The notes: a model not told the origin generated them from the letters alone. Positions 1 to 12,762 are shown, numbered from the stretch's first letter. The stretch is DNA of 64,000 nucleotides from Octopus vulgaris (GCA_951406725.2 OX597837.1:3534001-3598000), one strand, 5' to 3'. Numbers and translations are program-made.

Positions 1-650
1 GCTATTTTCATCATCCTTGTGGCTATGGCGAAAGAATGTATCTGGTGGACGCGTCTGAAAGGATTGGAGACAAACACTTTCCTCTCTGGTCAATCTCTCA
101 TCAACTTCTTCAAGTACCACTTGAAAAGGAAAGTGAGAGTAGAGAGGCAAGTTTTGTCTAGCGAATGTTTTAAAAAAAGATGGGTGAATGTAGCAAGAAT
201 GGCACGTATGAATGACGAAGCCACCTTGAGCATAGTCCTATGAACCCAGAAATCGAAAACAGAGAGTTGCTTATTTGCAAAAAAAAAAAAAAAAAAAAAA
301 GAAATATAAAATGTGACTTCATTGACCGAGGTTACCGTGGTCTTTTCCGTAGGCTTTTCTTTCCACGGGTAAACCTCACCTGTCCTCCCCTTTACACTTC
401 ATATTGACATTTCTGTGATAACGATCCCTATTGATCAATTTTTTTTTTTTTTTTTTTTTTTTTCTTCCTCTCCCCCTTTTTTTTATTCCCCCCTTTTTTT
501 TGTCCTCCTTCTCTCCTTTTACGATCCCTTTTGATCGAAACTCCCCCTTACTTTTTTTTTTTTTTTTTTTTTTTTAAACATTCAAAAGAAAAGCTCTACC
601 TTGTAATTTGTTCTATCTGTGTGCAGCCCTGTGTGGCTAATAAAGAAACA

Positions 651-652
<2 letters not shown>
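1..652 (+). mobile_element. 3' end of a Tx1/L1-clade LINE (ORF2 C-terminus, 3'UTR, followed by (TATC)n), copy 1
   Basis: ORF 19-243 AKECIWWTR...FFKYHLKRKVRVER...FKKRW resembles the Tx1/L1 ORF2 C-terminal AKxxIWxxR...FxxxW pattern; pyrimidine-rich UTR ends AATAAAGAAACATA before (TATC)n. Confidence 0.65.
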
Positions 653-1645
<993 letters not shown>

Positions 1646-1669
1646 CATTTGTCTATATACACATCATGA

Positions 1670-1757
<88 letters not shown>

Positions 1758-2037
1758 GTGTGTGTATGTGTGTGTGTGTGTGTATATAACGTGATCCATA
1801 CATAATTAATTAGTCAACTTTGTGCTGCAATGTTGACTGATTAATTAATTTTTTGTAGGATAAATTGGAATATAAGGTAATCCTATTTAAGCCCTCGGGC
1901 AAATAAAAATTTGTAACATAAAAGTTAAAATAAAGATTAACAGCATATTTGAAATTACCCGAAAGCCTATTTGTTGTGTGATCTTAATGAATGAAAAATT
2001 TTATTAATTTCAAAGCTGAGAACTCCCTCTCCCTGTC

Positions 2038-2086
<49 letters not shown>

Positions 2087-2257
2087 GTCTCTCTCTCTCA
2101 CTCACACACACACACTTATTCCGCTAATCGTGAGCTCCTTTGCTAGACAAGAGTTATACAGGAAGCTTGAGCGACGGACTTTCTATCGAGATGCTTTTTT
2201 TTTCCAGCAGTAGAAATAGTAGCAGCGGCAACGGTAGCCGCGGCAGTAGCAGCATCA

Positions 2258-2625
2258 TGGTTAGAGCAGCGGACTCACGGTCGTGGGATCGCGGTTTCGA
2301 TTCCCAGACCGGCCGTTGTGTGTGTTTATTGAGCGAAAACACCTAAAGCTCCACGGGGCTCCGACAGGGGGTGGTGGCGACCCCCTGTTGTACTCTTTCG
2401 CTCCAACTTTCTCTCACTCTTTCTTCTTCCTGTTTCTTGTCCCCCGACTTCCTACGCAACCGCTGAGCCTGGATGCGTATTCATCCACCCGTCGATGCTC
2501 TCGGTGTCGGGGGTTGACCTGCTTTCTCTTCTGCAGGTCTTACGAATAGCAAAGGACCACGTTTCGGACTTCTCCCAAGAGGACGAAGACCGCTTCGCTC
2601 ACCACCACCACCACCACCACCACCA
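2258..2625 (+). mobile_element. tRNA-derived SINE group C with tail type ii, ending (CAC)n
   Basis: head TGGTTAGAGCAGCGGACTC...GGTTTCGATTCCCAGACC shared with other C copies; distinct 3' half. Confidence 0.8.
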
Positions 2626-2634
2626 ATAACAATT

Positions 2635-2752
2635 ATTTCTAATTTTGGCACAAGGTCAGCAATTTTTACGGGGCGGCGGCAAGTTAATCCCAGTACGTTG
2701 ATCCCAGTACTTGACTGGTACTTATTTTATCGACCCTCGAAAGGATGAAAGA
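2635..2752 (-). mobile_element. SINE group B 3' fragment
   Basis: reverse complement of TTTCATCCTTTCG...GTCGATAAAATAAGTACCAGT...CCTTGTGCCAAAATT. Confidence 0.7.
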
Positions 2753-2986
2753 TGTGTGTGAATGTGCGCGTGTATATATACACACACAAACTCAGGCACC
2801 CATGCACAAGAGACATACACACACATATCGGACCACCACGTCTACTAAGTTTCGTTCACAACGCTTTCGTTGACACAAGGATCGATAATAGAACAGTTAA
2901 AAACTGGTCCCTATGTAATCGGTCAGCTCTCTCCCTTAAAATTTGAAGCCTTGTGAGTAGAAAGAGTTATTATTGACACTAGCAGA

Positions 2987-3625
2987 GGGCGGCGAGCTGG
3001 CAGAATCGTTTGCGCGCAGGGCGAAATGCTTAGAAGTATTTCGCCTGCCGTTACGTTCTGAGTTCAAATTCCGCCGAGGTCGACTTTGCCTTTCATCCTT
3101 TCGGGATCGATAAATTAAGTACCAGTTACGCACTGGGTCGATATAATCGACTTAATCCGTTTGTCTGTCCTTGTTTGTCCCCTCTGTGTTTAGCCCCTTG
3201 TGGGCAATAAAGAAATAAGAATCGTTAGCACGACGGGCAAAATGCTTAGGGATATTTCGTCAGTCTCCACATTCTGAGTTCTAATTCTACCGAAATCGGC
3301 TTTTAATTCCTTCTTTTCAAGGTCAATAGGATACGTACCAGTTGAGTACTGAGGTAGATGTAATCGACTATGTCCCTCCCCAAGATTTCAGACCTTGCGC
3401 CTATAGTAGAAAGTATTATTACGAGCAGAAACAAAGTGGCGAGCAGGCAGAATTGTTACCGCGCCGGACAAACCGATCAGCTGCAAATTCCCCCGAGATT
3501 GACTATACCTTTCACTCTTTCGGGGTCGATAAAATAAGTACCAGTTGAGCACTGGGATCGATGCAATCGACTTACTTCCTCCCCCGAATTTGCTGGCCTT
3601 GTGCCAAAATTTGAAACCATTATTA
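2987..3625 (+). mobile_element. Cluster of three group B SINEs (Nin/Deu-domain-like); 2987-3219 appears nested in the head of an older copy
   Basis: head GGCGGCGAGCTGGCAGAA..GTTAGC; central GCCTTTCATCCTTTCGGGGTCGATAAA resembles the Nin/Deu domain; three different tails. Confidence 0.8.
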
Positions 3626-3796
3626 AAAGCAGAAAGTTTTGCCTTCCGGGCGACATTTTATTTTTGGAAATCCTGTGTTGGTGAGTTTATCTTTGAAAAC
3701 AATTACACACTTAATGTCATTTGAGGGTTATCAACAATATGAATAAAGGAAGACATCTTAGGATCGCCTTCTGTATGTATACTAAATATCATGCAA

Positions 3797-4190
3797 GTGC
3801 AGGAGTGGCTGTGTGGTAAGTAGCTTGCTTACCAACCATATGGTTCCGGGTTCAGTCCCACTGCGTGATACCTTGGGCAAGTGTCTTCTACTATAGCCTC
3901 GGGCCGACCAAAGCCTTATGAATGGATTTGGTAGACGGAAACTGAAAGAAGCCCGTCGTATATATGTATATATGTGTGTGTGTATATGTTTGTGTGTCTG
4001 TTTGTCCCCCCAACATCGCTTGACAACCGATGCTGGTGTATTTATGTCTCTGCGGTTCGGCAAACAGATACCGATAGAATAAGTACTAGGCTTACAAAGA
4101 ATAAGTCCTGGGGTCGATTTGCTCGACTAAAGGCGGTGGTCCAGCATGGCCACAGTCAAAGGACTGAAACAAGTAAAAGAGTAAAAGAGG
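3797..4190 (+). mobile_element. SINE group A (tRNA head, internal TA/TG microsatellite, (GTAAAAGA)n tail)
   Basis: A-box-like GTGGCTGTGTGG, B-box-like GGTTCAGTCCC; about 16 near-full copies in the window. Confidence 0.9.
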
Positions 4191-4209
4191 AAAAAAAATT
4201 GTGGTAACC

Positions 4210-4550
4210 AAGTGTCAATTTGGCTTTCTTAAGGCTGAAGGAAATTCAATTTCTTCACTTTTGCTGAAAATGTCAAATTAAGAAGAAATGGAAAATGTGT
4301 TAAAAAAAAAGAAACATTATCAATTTCAAAGAAAATTATCTAAAAAATTTATCAATAATTACAACCCTTTATTGCTTTTAATATAGCAGGCAAATGTTGA
4401 CTGTCAGTATATTTGAGAAAAACAGTGTGATATTGACAGGATTTATGACTACCAAACAAAAGCTGTGAAAAATAAAACTGAAGGTGTTTGGGAAAAATTT
4501 GGATCAAAACAAATTACTGAAATTGTTCATCAAATAGCGTGTGTATTTAA
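4210..4550 (+). pseudogene. Decayed Helitron2/Helentron RepHel fragment
   Basis: manual translation gives KCQFGF (cf. CRFGFP) and, from 4348, FINNYNPLLLLI*QANVDCQYI*EK...DYQTKA (cf. NxYNPxLLxxWxANMDIQYI...YITK). Confidence 0.7.
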
Positions 4551-5969
4551 AAAAAAAATATTTTGCTTTTTATTGGCATTAAAAAAAAATTAAGTTAATA
4601 GTTTTGATTTAAAACTTTTTGTGTATTAAGCTAAAACATTTCTTTCTTATTTTTAGTATTACTAGAATGAAAAATATAAAGACAAATATAATTAATTATA
4701 ATAGTAGAAGCGTTACCTGAAAGAAAGACAAAAACCAAAACGTGAACTAGTATGAAAAATGCGGGAGCAAAGAATTAGAATATTCTTAAGCATTGAACTT
4801 GGAAAAGTACAGGTCAAACAGTAATTACTTCTGGAAAAATACATGCAAGAAGAACTTAAATATAGTTGCTGAAGTTAAAATTTAAAAACTAAAATAGTAA
4901 TAGATGTCCTTTTATATTTTTACATAAAAGTTTAAGTCAAAGTACTCAAGAAACTATTTATTTTCAATTTCAGTGAAACGACTAATTGCCTGCAAGTTTA
5001 CTCTGAAAAAATTTAATACTAAAAATTTAGTGCTTTGTATATATAAAAACCCCCAGATAATTGCAATTTAAGCAAAATTGATGTATTCTGAGTTTTCTAA
5101 ATTTTGTACTCGATTTGTTCATTAGATTTTATTTTTTTAAAAATAATTTTCTCCCTGTAAATAGAAAATACTTTGTTATCTGATAATTCAATCCTTAAAG
5201 AAATTTGTTCGTATGTTTATAAATAAAGTGTTTTGTTACATTTTAACTCTTATTTTTGAATTACATTTATTCTACGAGTTTAATTTTAACACAACATCTG
5301 TGATTTAAAATTTTTGACTAATGAGTTTTGTAAAGAAAATGAAATTAAAGCAATAATAAAACAAGACAGAAATGTTTTAGTTTAATACAAAAAAATTTTT
5401 AAACCAAAAATATTAACTTAAATTTTAACAAATTTGTAAAGAGCCACCCCACCACAAAAAAAGGAGCAAAACACCATTTGATGAAAATTTTCAGAAATTT
5501 ATTTAGCAGATTCTAACTTTAGCAGTAATACTTTATATATTTTTCTTCTTATGTATTTTTACAGATTTAATTACTGCTAATTCTGCACTTTTCAGGCTGA
5601 ACACTTAAGAATATTCTATTACTCTTCGACTGCTTTTTTCATTCTAGTCATTAATAATTGGTATTACTATAAGTGCAGGGGGCTGGGAGAATGGTCAGAA
5701 TGTTTCCCGACGCTTCATCCAACTTTATTTTCTGAGTTCATATTTCAAGATGTCGTCACAACTTTTCATCCTGTCGTGAATATGGTCTATAAAGGCAACT
5801 CAAGAAAAAAACAAACATTTTCGTTCTTATTAGGCCTCATCAGCGAAGCATATCAGCTGTGATCACGATACATAGTTATAGACACTCACAAACGTACTCT
5901 GCGCGCATATTGAGAAAGTGTCTTCTATTGTATCCCCGGGTCGATTAGTGTCTTGTGAGTTATATATAT

Positions 5970-6135
5970 ATATTTTCCTCTGTCTTCCCTTTTCTGGATC
6001 TCTCCTTCTCCTTTGTTTCCGACGAAGAGCTCCGCTCGAAACGTTAAAACCTCCTTCTTTCCTGAGCGTCCAATAATACTATATTTGTTCCACGTCCTCG
6101 AGTTGTGTTTTTTTTGTGCTTTCATGTTTGGATTA

Positions 6136-6140
<5 letters not shown>
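5970..6140 (+). mobile_element. Penelope-like terminal fragment in (TA)n with a minimal HHR motif
   Basis: 6015-6050: gttt CCGACGA A gagc-tcc-gctc GAAA cgt TA aaac; related partial copies at 25870-25958(-) and 61579-61705(+). Confidence 0.65.
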
Positions 6141-6210
<70 letters not shown>

Positions 6211-6664
6211 GTATGTATAAATATATATATGTGTATGTGTGTGTGTGTATTCTTTTATTCTTTTATTATTTTACCTGTTTCAGGCACTTGACTACGGCCG
6301 TGCTGGAGCAATATATATAAATATATATCTATTCATACAAGCTTGTATACACAAATACACAAATTCATATATCTGTGTTGTGTGTATACGTGTGTGTCAG
6401 CGTGTCTATGTAATCGTCTTTGTTGTTGTTCTTGTTCTTCATGACCGCTTGGCAACCGGTGTTGGTTTGATAACGTACTCATGAGTTAGCAATTCGGTCG
6501 AACGGTCTGAGAATAAATACCAGAATTAAAAATAAAAACTGGGTTCAATTTCCTCGCCTTAAACCCATCAAAGCTTTGCCCCGGCGAGGACGAAATCCAA
6601 TGACTGGATCAAGTTAAAAGTAAAAGATAAAATACGACGAATTTGCCAGAGGAAAAAAATACTT

Positions 6665-6820
6665 CAGGAGTGGCTGTGTGGTAAGTAGCTTGCTTACCAA
6701 CCACATGGTTCCAGGTTCAGTCCCACTGCGTGGCACCTTGGGCAAGTGTCTTCTACTATATTGGGCCGACCAATGCCTTGTGAGTGGATTTGGTAGACGG
6801 AAACTGAAAGAAGCCCGTCG

Positions 6821-6852
<32 letters not shown>

Positions 6853-7086
6853 TATGCGTGTGTGTGTTTGTGTGTCTGTGTTTGTCCCCCTAGCATTGCT
6901 TGACAACCGATGCTGGTGTGTATATGTCCCCGTTATTTAGCGGTTCGGCAAAAGAGACCGATAGAATAAGTACTGGGCTTACAAAAGAATAAGTCCCGGG
7001 GTCGAGTTGCTCGATTAAAGGCGGTGCTCCAGCATGGCCGCAGTCAAATGACTGAAACAAGTAAAAGGGTAAAAGAGTAAAAGAGT
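6665..7086 (+). mobile_element. SINE group A
   Basis: full-length match to the other A copies. Confidence 0.9.
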
Positions 7087-7280
7087 AGTGTTCTGTATTC
7101 TAAACGCCAATACGTTAGAATTTTACATGTGATGCAAAAAATGTATCGTATTTGTCACAGGATAATGTTGTTTCTTAGTTTGGCGATTGCTATGAACTGA
7201 AGAAATGTGTATGAATTCTCTTTCAATAGATTGCTGAAGGAAGGGAATTAACTTTATCGGACATTTGAAGCGATATTACA

Positions 7281-7477
7281 CTTTACTCTCTTTTACTTGT
7301 TTCAGTCATTTGACTGCGGCCATGATGGAGCACCGCCTTTAGTCGAGCAACTCGACCCCGGGACTTATTCTTTTTGTAAGCCCAGTACTTATTCTATCGG
7401 TCTCTTTTTGCCGAACCGCTAAGTGACGGGGACGTAAACACACCAGCATCGGTTGTCAAGCAAACACAGACACACAA

Positions 7478-7528
<51 letters not shown>

Positions 7529-7693
7529 TAAAACGGGCTTCTTTCAGTTTCCGTCTACCAAATCCACTCACAAGGCATTGGTCGGCCCGAGGCTATAGCA
7601 GAAGACATTTTCCCAAGATGCCACGCAGTGGGACTGAACCCGGAACCGTGTGGTTGGTAAACAAGCTACTTACCACACAGCCACTCCTGCGCC
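7281..7693 (-). mobile_element. SINE group A
   Basis: reverse complement of the A consensus with a small internal deletion. Confidence 0.9.
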
Positions 7694-8197
7694 TATATGT
7701 GTAAATATCTATTACGCTTTATATTTGATTAAAACCTGACGGCGTAAGTTTTGTGTTTCTTCACACGTATCCTTAAGAAATTAATTTTAGTTTGCACATT
7801 TATCTTCACTCACGATAGCAAAAAGTACTTTGAGTCATTCTGTCTGTAAAGTACATTTGTCTTTATCTAAAAGAGTAAAACGTATTTTGCGTTTCAAGTT
7901 TCGAGCTGAAAATTCGAAAATTATCCTTTAGTTATGGTTGGGAGTATCAACAACCATGACGGTGCAGCATCTTCAGTAATAATTTCTTTACCTGGGATTA
8001 TGTTTTAACTAGTATAGTACATTTTGCGCAGGGTTTAGTTTGTTGGTCCAGTAAGGGGCTAATTGCTAGGTGCACGAGGCGTTACTTGAAAGGATTTGAT
8101 TACAAATTCGGTGCACTAATTTTGTTCGGCCTTCATTCTCCAATACACTTATAAATTCACACATATGCACACTTGCACACACGAACATATATGTATG

Positions 8198-8235
<38 letters not shown>

Positions 8236-8238
<3 letters not shown>

Positions 8239-8471
8239 GTCGCCCGGCTCACCGATAATCGGTGGACGCACGCAGTTGTCGAGTGGTACCCGCGTGAGCG
8301 GAAAAGACCACCCGAAAGACCTCCACGACGGTGGAGTGACGATTTCTGGAGGTCGATTGGGATCACGTGGATGAGAAAGGCGCGATCCAGAGAGGAGCGG
8401 ACAGTGTGCTGTGACCAGCGGTGTCAAATGGACGCCTGACGGACTGGTCGGTCAAAGTGATCAAAGTGATA
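8236..8471 (+). mobile_element. 3' end of an RTE-clade LINE inserted in (TA)n
   Basis: HVARLTDNRW...WYPRERKRPPERPPRRWSDD...W fits the RTE ORF C-terminus; short UTR with (CAAAGTGAT)2 tail. Confidence 0.8.
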
Positions 8472-8483
8472 TATATATTTATA

Positions 8484-8740
8484 TAAGTTCAGCAAAAATT
8501 TAGATTCAAATGAATATGGTACTTAATTTAGATGCACCAGAATTTTGTATGGTGTTATCCATAAAAATCCGTGGGGCGATTATAATCAAAATAAGCAACA
8601 AGAATGACTCCGGTAATTTGGTACGATCGTTTCATTCTACATCATTTTATTAAATGTTGTACAACATCTAATAAACTGATGTAGTACGAAACGATCGTAC
8701 CAAATTACCGGAGTCATTCTTGTTGCTTATTTTGATTATT
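8484..8740 (-). mobile_element. Penelope-like terminal fragment with fold-back palindrome 8582-8739
   Basis: near-perfect palindrome centred at 8660/8661, containing GAAACGATCGTA (HHR 3' half); homologue at 31423-31621. Confidence 0.65.
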
Positions 8741-8883
8741 ATATATATATATATATGTGTGTGTGTGTGCATATATATATATGCATACAGACACGCACCA
8801 CTATCTCTGTCTCTATATATATGCAGGTATGTATCTGTGTATATTTATACAGATGTATACAAATACACATATGCTCCATATAT

Positions 8884-9345
8884 AAAGATTCCCAAACCAA
8901 CTGATCTTAAATTGCGACCGATTGCTGCAGGACCCGCATCCAGCACTCAAAGATTAAGCAACGTGCTGGACATAATTTTAAAACCTTTATGTAGATTAAT
9001 TCCCAGTTTCATCAGAGATGACATAGACACCTTAAACTATATCCCAGAACGGATAGACAAAGATATAGTACTAGTTAGCTTTGACGTAACTAATCTCTAT
9101 ACAAATATCCTCCATATATATCTCCTAGATGCAGTAGAATTCTGTATAAACAATCACCAACAAAGAATTCAAGAGAGATTCTCAAAAGAATTTATACTTG
9201 AAGGTTTATAGATAAGACTGGAAAACAACTACTTTTCTTTGATAATCAATACTATCTACAAATACAAAGCACTGCGATGGGGATGAAAGTCGCACCAACA
9301 TTTTCCAAACTAGTAATGGGATACCTAGAAGAAGAAATCATAACA
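8884..9345 (+). pseudogene. Penelope-like element reverse transcriptase fragment
   Basis: LKLRPIAAGP...LVSFDVTNLYTNI (RT motif A), then after a stop and frameshift ENNYFSF...YYLQIQSTAMGMKVAPTF..LVMGYLEE (motif B). Confidence 0.85.
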
Positions 9346-9423
9346 AGGATAAAAATCACGTTAGTGATAATTATCAGGTAGTCAGCATGGAAATAAGCAA
9401 TTTATAGCAATTTTTATATTAAA

Positions 9424-9457
<34 letters not shown>

Positions 9458-9460
<3 letters not shown>

Positions 9461-9877
9461 GGCTAAAAACTACAGTAGCATCCACCCTTAGGGGTTAGCC
9501 ATATTGAAATGGCAAAAATACGTCACGATGTGTTACCGCTACTGTATATAACTAACTCTGATATTTATCATTGTTTGATTTCACTTTTTCAATATCAGCG
9601 ACAGTGGACGCTGGAAAAAGTATAAGTATTTGTGAAGGAAATCTAATTCTCGGCGACAACTATGATTGTCACACGCTGACGAGAGGTCAATACCTCGACT
9701 CGAGTCCGTGTGTATCATAAGTTGAAGACGGGAAGGTTGACTTCCCTTTGCAAATACTGACAGGACACAGAAAGTGTGTCTATGGCCAGGTGGAGGAGTG
9801 TGTCCTCCTGGGGCTAAAAACTACAGTAGCATCCACCCTTAGGGGTTAGCCATATTGAAATGGCAAAAATACGTCAC
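9458..9877 (+). mobile_element. Terminally redundant 351-nt non-coding unit (retrozyme-like or Penelope pLTR-like)
   Basis: identical 69-bp direct repeats 9458-9526 and 9809-9877; (TA)n on both sides; internal HHR. Confidence 0.75.
9661..9719 (+). ncRNA. Type I hammerhead ribozyme with an apparent 2-nt core deletion
   Basis: tatgat-tgt-cacacg CTGACGA gagg-tcaata-cctc GA[--]ctcgag TC cgtgtg-t-atcata: stems I and II pair, stem III region is palindromic. Confidence 0.7.
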
Positions 9878-10556
9878 TATATATATATATATATATATAC
9901 ATATCACGCACACACACACACATATATATATATGCATGTACGTTTGTAAGTACCTTTGTGTGTGTGTGTTTGTGTCTATGCGTCAAAGTGTATATGTCCA
10001 TAAGTACCTATACATACATATATATGTAAACTTCATTTTCGCTCATGTGTCAAAAGACACGTGTCTACTTGTCAATAGAAACACATTCATATTTATGATC
10101 AATTCATGGCCGATCCAATAAAGAGAAATACGATGGTTCTGTGAATGCTCGCTTCCTCATAAAGTCACTGATACTTCTTGCCTGTCATTATTGCAGAACA
10201 CATAAATTTGGATTTACATTTGGTTATATTGAAAACATTCTCAATATCAATTTCAAATTGGCTATTTAATAACTCATTAACGATATCTAATGTAACATAA
10301 AATTTAACGAGTTTGTGTTCGGTTCTGTATATGCATATGCGTAGGCCAATATTTTATATATCTATATATACCTATAATATATTTATGCACATATACATGC
10401 ATATACACATATATATATATATATATTTACGCACACACACATATATACACATGCATATATATATGTATAGATATCTGTACACATAAATATATGTGATTGG
10501 TGGCATTGCTATTATCTCACGTGTGTGTTCGATAAGTTGATACACACATACACACA

Positions 10557-10640
<84 letters not shown>

Positions 10641-11092
10641 CGTAGGTGCGCCCGTGTCTGTGTGTGTATACATATACATTCCTATATATATATATATATA
10701 TATACATAATATTTCTTGTGTGTATGTAGGTACATATATGTACATATATACATATGCATATACAAATATATATATATATATATATATTAGCTGTAGGTAT
10801 GCATTCACTTAAGACATATCGTAACTACACTCGCAACTCATCCAATTTACGATACATTTACCACAAGAACCAATAATTCATAGAAAATTTGTGAATTTCT
10901 GAGTTAAATCGAATATGGTATAAAAATTAAACACGCACATATTACCTTCGAACGGGGATATAAATAGGTATGTGGCTATAAGCCTGCTATGGCTTATTGC
11001 ATAAGTCAGTCTAAAATACACCTACCTACCTACATACCTACAACCGTACATGAATACGTACATGCATACATACATGCATGAATACATACATG

Positions 11093-11141
<49 letters not shown>

Positions 11142-11287
11142 CTATCTATCTACATAAACATATTTCCACGGTAAAACTTGAACTCAGAACGTAAACACGG
11201 ACGAAGCGTTTAGTCCCGTATGCTAACGGTTCTGCCAGCTTGCCGCCTTATGGAAACAAAATTGAAAGAAGAAAAACTCATAATGGT

Positions 11288-11690
11288 GGTGGCTGTGTGG
11301 TAAGTAGCTTGCTTACGAACTACATGGTTTCGGGTTCAGTCCCACTGCGTGGCACCTTGGGCAAGTGTCTTCTACTATAGCCTCGGACCAACCAAAGCCT
11401 TGTGAGTGGATTTGGTAGACGGAAACTGAAAGAAGCCCGTCGTATATATGTATATATATATGTGTGTGTGTTTGTGTGTTGTCTTTGTCCCCCCCAAAAT
11501 CGCTTGACAACCGATGCTGGTGTGTTTACGTCCCCGTCACTTAGCGGTTCAGCAAAAGAGACCGATAGAATAAGTACTGGGCGTACAAAGAATAAGTCCC
11601 GGGGTCGAGTTGCTCGATTAAAGGCGGTGCTCCAGCATGGCCGCAGTCAAATGACTGAAACAAGTAAAAGAGAAAGAGAAAAGAGAGAGA
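11288..11690 (+). mobile_element. SINE group A
   Basis: match to the A consensus. Confidence 0.9.
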
Positions 11691-11698
11691 GTCCTTTG

Positions 11699-11965
11699 TA
11701 TTGGGTTGATTTATAGTAGCTTATCTTTCGACTTATTTTAGAACATGGTTGAGTTCATAAAACTGGATTTGATCACACCTCCATTTAGAGCACAGTTTAA
11801 GCAATCTTTTCGTGGAAGAAAGTTTATGTTCCTATAACCTGTGTTAATTCTGTAACCCTTTAAAATGGAAGATAAGAAAGTTCATTTTCGGCACTTGATG
11901 ATTTTCTTTTTCCGTAAAGGGAAAAAATGCCTCACAAGCAACCAAAGAGATATGCGGAGTTTATT
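11699..11965 (+). mobile_element. mariner 5' fragment
   Basis: TA-TTGGGTTG terminus; from 11865 MEDKKVHFRHLMIFFFRKGK/NASQATKEICGVY (mariner HTH N-terminus, frameshifted). Confidence 0.75.
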
Positions 11966-12204
11966 GAGGGACCTTTGAGCTGGATGGGCGACACGACCTG
12001 AACAATGATTCTAATTGGGCCCCACCTGCAATTGGGCCATACACTAAGTGAAAAATCACTCAATACTTGTATGTATAAAATTTAGTTTCGGAAGGAAATG
12101 GATACACAGGAAATATGTACACACTCATACATAACACATAGAAATACGCGCTCATGTATAGGGGGGAAGAGTGAGAAGGGGAGAGATATAGAGATATAAA
12201 AAGT

Positions 12205-12276
<72 letters not shown>

Positions 12277-12496
12277 AAGAGAGAGTGAGTTCCTTATCTA
12301 ACTGAATTTTCTTGGTTTACGAAACGTTATCAGTTATCTAAGATCTGTCTTCACAAGCGATACAGAATACTTAATGCCATTTTAATACCTTAATTATCAC
12401 GCTACACACACGCTCGCGCGCACATACACGCGCACGCACGCAAGCACGAACGCACACACAAACATACGTGCACGTACACGCACGCACACATATGCA

Positions 12497-12537
<41 letters not shown>

Positions 12538-12665
12538 CTCTCTCTATATATATATATACTATATATATATACTATGTGTATATATATATATATATATATA
12601 TTATATTATATACTATATATATATATGTATATATACTATATAATATAATATATATATATATATAC

Positions 12666-12762
<97 letters not shown>

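Noticed and set aside
6678-6906. Recurrent short ORFs such as ...DGLLSVSVYQIHSQG... and RRASFSFRLPNPLTR
   Set aside because: They recur because they are chance frames within SINE A copies
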